Positions 62,058 through 64,000 of a stretch of 64,000 bases of DNA are shown in pieces; position 1 is the stretch's first letter, and each line of letters starts with the position of its first letter. A program made the translations under genes and the position numbers. A model generated the notes under the pieces. The model was given only the letters and a program-made list of their open reading frames with translations. It ran no database searches and was not told where the DNA came from. The DNA comes from an uncultured Verrucomicrobiae bacterium (GTDB lineage: Bacteria > Verrucomicrobiota > Verrucomicrobiia > Chthoniobacterales > Chthoniobacteraceae), in assembly GCA_963769025.1 (NCBI GenBank), contig CAVYKI010000009.1, forward strand, positions 672,001-736,000, read 5' to 3'.

Positions 62058-63684
62058 ATGGCTGAACCGCACTTGCTTTCCAAGGTGGCGGCTCTTTTCG
62101 AGTCGGCGAGCCGAAAGGTGGCCGCGCGGGAACTGGCGTGCTCCATAGGCGCCGAGGATCTCATCATTTTTCTGCCCGACAGCGACCTCGGGACCCTTCT
62201 GCCAGCGCCCGGTTTCCCGCAAACAATGTCGCAGGGGATGGAGTGGAGGGACTTTTTCGCTGCCTGCCAGCCCGGCATGCCTTGCCACAGGGAACTCCTC
62301 CACCCGGACATCAAGACTCTCACGCCGGCGCTCGGTCTCCGGGGCGAGTGCGGGGCGGTGTTGGTAGTCCTCGGAGGGAAGCCGTGTCTCGGAAAGGCCG
62401 GGGATGTCGCGCTGTTGCTTCCGGTGCTCGCCGCGGCATTTCGCGGCGAACGCACGGCGCTGATTGCTGCCAGCAGCGAGCGGATGGCCCGGCACACTGC
62501 CGAACAATCGAAACTGCTCGCCGACTCACTCGACAAAGCACGTGCCGCACTGCGCACCGCGCTTTCCGATGCCGAGACAGCGAACCGCGCCAAGGACCGC
62601 TTCCTTGCGGCGCTCAGTCATGAACTGCGCACGCCCCTGACGCCAGTGCTGCTGGCGGCGACGGTCGCCGAAAGCGATCCGCAACTGCCCGAAGCCGCCC
62701 AGCGGGACATGGCGATGATCCGCCGCAACGTTGAGTTGGAGGTACATCTCATCGATGATCTCCTCGATCTCAGCCGCGTCCTCGCCGGCAAGCTCCGGTT
62801 GCGCAGCATTCCGCTGGATTTGAATACCCAGGTCCGTCACGCAGTGGAAATCTGTCTGCCGCACATCCGGGAAAAGGGCGCCAAGTTGGAACTCGACCTG
62901 GCCAAGTGGCCTGGGGCCGATCGTCGCAGACCCCACGCGGTTGCAGCAGGTGTTGTGGAATCTTCTGAAGAATGCCGTGAAGTTCTCACCCGGCGGTGAA
63001 ATCGTCGTCGCGACCTGCGCCCAGGATGGCCGTGCCCAAGTGCGCGTGAAGGATAACGGCATCGGGATCGAAGCGGATGCTCTACAGCGCATTTTTGAAG
63101 CGTTTGAGCAGGAGAGCGCGGAAACGCCGCGCGATTTCGGCGGCCTCGGCCTCGGCCTCGCCATTTGCAAATCGATCGTCGATTTGCATCACGGCAGCAT
63201 CCGCGCGGAAAGCGAGGGTGCCGGCCGCGGTGCGGAGTTCACGGTTGAGCTGCCTCTGTGCGCCGGCGCCGACACCGTCCTGGATCGTCCACGAGACGCG
63301 CAGGCGGGACCGGCGCGGAATGCGCGCATCCTCATCGTCGAGGATCACGCGGATACCGCGCGCCTCATCGCGCGCATCCTGGAAAAAAGCGGGCATCGGG
63401 TCCGCCACGCCGGACGGGTCGACGCCGCGCTGGAGATGCTCCGTGAGGAACCCTTTGACTTGCTCCTCAGCGATGTCGGTCTTCCCGACCGTCCCGGCTA
63501 TGAACTCATGGAGACGGTGAGAAATACATATGGGATCCCGGGGATCGCGATGACGGGCTATGCGATGGAGGACGACGTCCGGACATGTCACGCGGCGGGC
63601 TTCAGCGAACATTTGGTCAAGCCCGTGGACTTGCAGCTCCTCAAGCAAGCCATCCAGCGGGTTTTGCAAGACGCTCCCACCTAG
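62058..63684 (+). CDS. Cytoplasmic hybrid histidine kinase/response regulator; one +1 frameshift near 62904
   Basis: AKDRFLAALSHELRTPL; after the shift DPTRLQQVLWNLLKNAVKFS, DNGIGI, GGLGLGLAI; receiver ILIVED...LLSDVGLPD...AMTG...LVKP. Confidence 0.88.
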
Positions 63685-63889
63685 GCGGGCTCGCCCGCGT
63701 GCGCGCACCTGTTTTGCCCCGGAAGTCCACGCGGCCAAGACATCACTGAAAACCGAAACCTCAGGTGATGTGAGCACGAATGAACGACCGTCTGACCGGG
63801 ACGACGCGAATGCGGTCAGTGGACCGTTCGTGCGCCAATCGGTCGGAACGGGACGGGCCTCTGATTCGGCGCCCACGAGTATTGCGCGC

Positions 63890-64000
63890 TTGCACGGAAC
63901 ACTCCGCGTTGCGCTCCTTGAAAACACGCCCGGCGGATTGTTTTGCGCCGCGGGAAATTTCTACATCGATCCGTGGCGCCCGGTTGATTTTGCAATCATT
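63890..64000 (+). CDS. 5' end of a ligase-associated DNA damage response exonuclease (metallo-beta-lactamase fold), partial
   Basis: Not in the ORF track; reads LLENTPGGLFCAAGNFYIDPWRPVDFAII up to the window edge; start codon uncertain. Confidence 0.75.
   Translation, partial: MHGTLRVALLENTPGGLFCAAGNFYIDPWRPVDFAII

Larger units (their letters stand above)
47055..64000. mobile_element. Putative tRNA-targeted genomic island (mosaic, decayed; right boundary not seen)
   Basis: att-like tRNA fragment at the left edge, followed by many gene remnants, IS3, an excisionase-like gene and an integrase fragment. Confidence 0.5.

Noticed and set aside
1..64000. CRISPR array, cas genes, rRNA, reverse transcriptase or an intact defence system
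   Set aside because: I saw no regularly spaced repeats or corresponding protein motifs; the only defence-related sequence is the hsdR fragment.

Overview
High-GC bacterial DNA whose gene content (DUF1592, DUF1501, two DUF1080 genes, tandem CNNM genes) suggests a PVC-superphylum organism, most likely Verrucomicrobiota; this is inference. Positions 1-47 kb look chromosomal: dprA (partial), two CNNM/CBS genes, a HI0933-family flavoprotein, ABC-F, an mdtABC plus outer-membrane-factor RND pump, rapA, yaeQ, eutBC, parE/parC, secreted hydrolases, a vanadium-haloperoxidase-like gene and a large MASE1-LOV-PAS-GAF histidine kinase. A 3' tRNA-Leu-like fragment (probable att site) at 47055-47085 is followed by a mosaic, decaying island. 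It carries NDH-2, pyk, DUF2254 and an OYE reductase, remnants of RCC1, PPK2, HsdR, a helicase and an integrase, an IS3 element without target duplication, an excisionase-like gene, a PAP2/metallophosphoesterase/DAGK/hydrolase cluster, a FIST plus hybrid kinase pair and the start of a ligase-associated exonuclease. About 12 mostly +1 indels in parE/parC, and single ones in rapA and other genes, look like consensus errors. I cannot demonstrate a wholly new multi-gene system from sequence alone. The best candidates for follow-up are the membrane-anchored LOV kinase, the decayed satellite-like element, the secreted tandem HxCCxxC protein and the FIST-kinase pair.
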